A stretch of 64,000 bases of DNA from Anthoceros angustus (taxonomy: Eukaryota > Plantae > Anthocerotophyta): positions 434,001-498,000 of the forward strand of contig VJWM01000118.1 in assembly GCA_010909165.1 (NCBI GenBank), read 5' to 3'. The notes beneath the pieces were generated by a model that worked only from the letters and a program-made list of their open reading frames with translations, had not been told where the DNA came from and did not search any database. Numbering within the stretch: the first letter of the stretch is position 1; each line of letters starts with the position of its first letter. Positions 61,901 through 64,000 of the stretch are shown piece after piece. A program made the position numbers and the translations under genes.

Positions 61901-64000
61901 TGGTCAAGAATGTCTTGCATGAGACATTGGAAGGTCGCTGGGCATTTGAAGTTCGAACGCATCACTACAAACTCGTAGTGACCATGCCGTGTTCTAAATG
62001 CGGTCTTGGGCTCATCCTCCTTGAGTCGAATTTGGTGAAAACGATCAAGTGTCGATTTTGGTGAACCAAGTCAACCCATGCACCGGTCCAAAATCTCATC
62101 GATGCGGGGCATCCGTAGACATTCCCGATGGTGGCCCGATTCAATCCTCGTAGTCGATGCAGAGTCTCCACCACCGTGTTTCGCCACCAACAACACGGGC
62201 GCTCCATAAGGTGAGGTGCTTGGCCTCACAAACCCCTTGTCCAGAATTCATCTACCGCTTTTGATCTCCTCATTTTCCATTCGACGCGGTATGGTTGTTG
62301 ATTTACGTGCCGATGCCTGTGCACTAGCTCATGCCGTGATCGGTCTGCCTTGGTGGTAGGGCGGTGGGATCTGCAAATAACCCATCAAATTCTGCCAGCA
62401 GAGCCTTAAACTCTTCAGGTAAGAGTTCCTCCGATTGTTTCTGTGCTGCTGCCCGCGATTCTGCGGTGCCCTCCAGAGGAACTACCCGCTTCAGCTTGGC
62501 GATGTACAGAAAGCTTCCCTTGGTGGATTTATGCAAGGCTGACACAGTAAAAAGGTGCTTGTCCGGAAGGTAAGTTTCCCCTTCCAGCACATACGATCTG
62601 TCCGCGACCCCTAGGGTTACTAAGTTCTTTTTCCAGTCTATATGAAGTTGGTGAGAATGGGCGGCCAGCCACGGTTTCCCCACAATCACGTCATGTGCCA
62701 AGCTTGGCATGACTATGCATTTCAGCACTTCTACGAAACCTCCAGGGAAGGTAAGAGTCGCTCCCACTGGCCCCTCACATCCTTGCTTCCCGCCGTGACG
62801 AGTAGAAGTCCGACCCGAGTGTTGGATGTGCAGCCCCCGCCGCGGACTGAGATGTAGTGGTGGCTAGCACCGAGTCTAGGAGAGTGGCAACATGTCCCGC
62901 TATGTGAACCTTTAGCTTGATCGGGACATGGGTCTTGCTACATGCATTCAAAACGCAAAGACCCATTGCAAGACCTAGGGTTTTGAGCGTCGCTTCGTAC
63001 CTCTTCTAAAACCACCGAGTGGTTGCTTTTGTTGGCGGGGTTTGAGAAGAAGGGTTGGCGCGGTGGAATTCCTCCTTCACCATGCGATGAAGTCCCTCCG
63101 TGAGGGCAAACGTGAACCATGGTCGAGTCGGTAAAGCACTTCCTTTTTCTCTCAGATTCCTTCTTCTTCTTCGGAGGATTTTAAAGTCGGGTTTCCCTGC
63201 TAAGTGACTTCCCCATTTCGATTTCCGGAAGGGTTGGAGGTGCCCAAGTGTTTATACTTGTTCCGCCATAGTTCATGGCGGCTTTCATGGCATCAACCGT
63301 GGTGTTGGGGTTGGTCTGGTTGACATCGTTAAGTTCGAACCAAGGCCATCAATGAACTTCTCCACTTTTTGTTCTTCATCGAGGCGGGAAGATCCAGAGT
63401 GAGTCAAGAACTTGTCGCAGACTTCCGCATGCATCCTCGCCGATAGATTTTATAAACCGCCGATACTGTAGTGACGGTGGAGGAAATGCTCTAAGAACAC
63501 TTGCTCAACATCGCCAAGTGTATATGGCGCCCATACCTGAGATCGACTTGCCCGTTGCCTCCACCAACGATACGCATAACCCTCGAGCGACATGCGAATC
63601 AGTATGCGTTGGAGATCATCCTTCTCACCGCCGCCAGGTATTTCTCCATCTTGTCCAGCCAGTCAGACTTTGAGCTTCCTGCGATCCCACAAAGTCGTGG
63701 TTTTATCTTCCGCAACTCCTTGTCAAGTAGTGGGCGGGTTTTGAAGGGCTTGCCTCCCTCCAACAAATCGACTCTTCCTTGGCCTTGGCTTGCTCCCACC
63801 GTACCTCATGAGCTGGAGGCGTCCGCCAAGGCCTTGATGTCCTTGTTTTCTTTTCGCCTGCAACAACCTCGACCACCAACCTCTTCGTGGACTCGTCCTC
63901 ACGAGCTCGTCCTACCGATTCTGCAGTGACCCTCGACCCTCTTCCTCATCTCTTCGCCATCCAGCCCCGGAGGTGCCGAGGGGTCTTGGCCTTCAGGCTC
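58987..64000 (-). mobile_element. Chromovirus-type Ty3/Gypsy retrotransposon (gag-PR-RT-RH-INT-chromodomain, PPT, 3' LTR 59689-58987)
   Basis: LLDS protease, [22 protein letters not shown] RNaseH, FHVS integrase tail; PPT AAGTGGGGAGGA next to TGTTCTGAC...GCGTTACA LTR, which has an internal ~290-bp duplication. Confidence 0.88.

Overview
Nuclear DNA of a non-seed land plant. A hornwort is the best guess, inferred from the short GT-AG introns and a PG-WW-type PLS-class PPR gene. A clean gene island at ~12-25.4 kb holds a PLS/E+ PPR protein, a signal-peptide methylesterase, a LYR-motif protein and a 13-exon AKT1-like Shaker K+ channel whose selectivity filter reads SYGD instead of GYGD. An intronless papain-like protease lies at ~56 kb. 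The rest is nested transposable elements with many single-base indels and adjacent near-duplicate blocks. The main discovery is a ~16 kb interval (27411-43713) bounded by 32-bp inverted repeats. It carries a Sola-like/DUF7869-type DDE transposase gene and, divergently, a cargo gene encoding a ParB-like domain fused to a beta-class amino (N6-adenine/N4-cytosine) DNA methyltransferase. Both genes are split by insertions of one LTR family and by a ~5.9 kb inversion between inverted LTRs, shown by reciprocally swapped 5-bp TSDs and reading frames that rejoin across both breakpoints. All family assignments are by-eye motif recognition; no searches were run.
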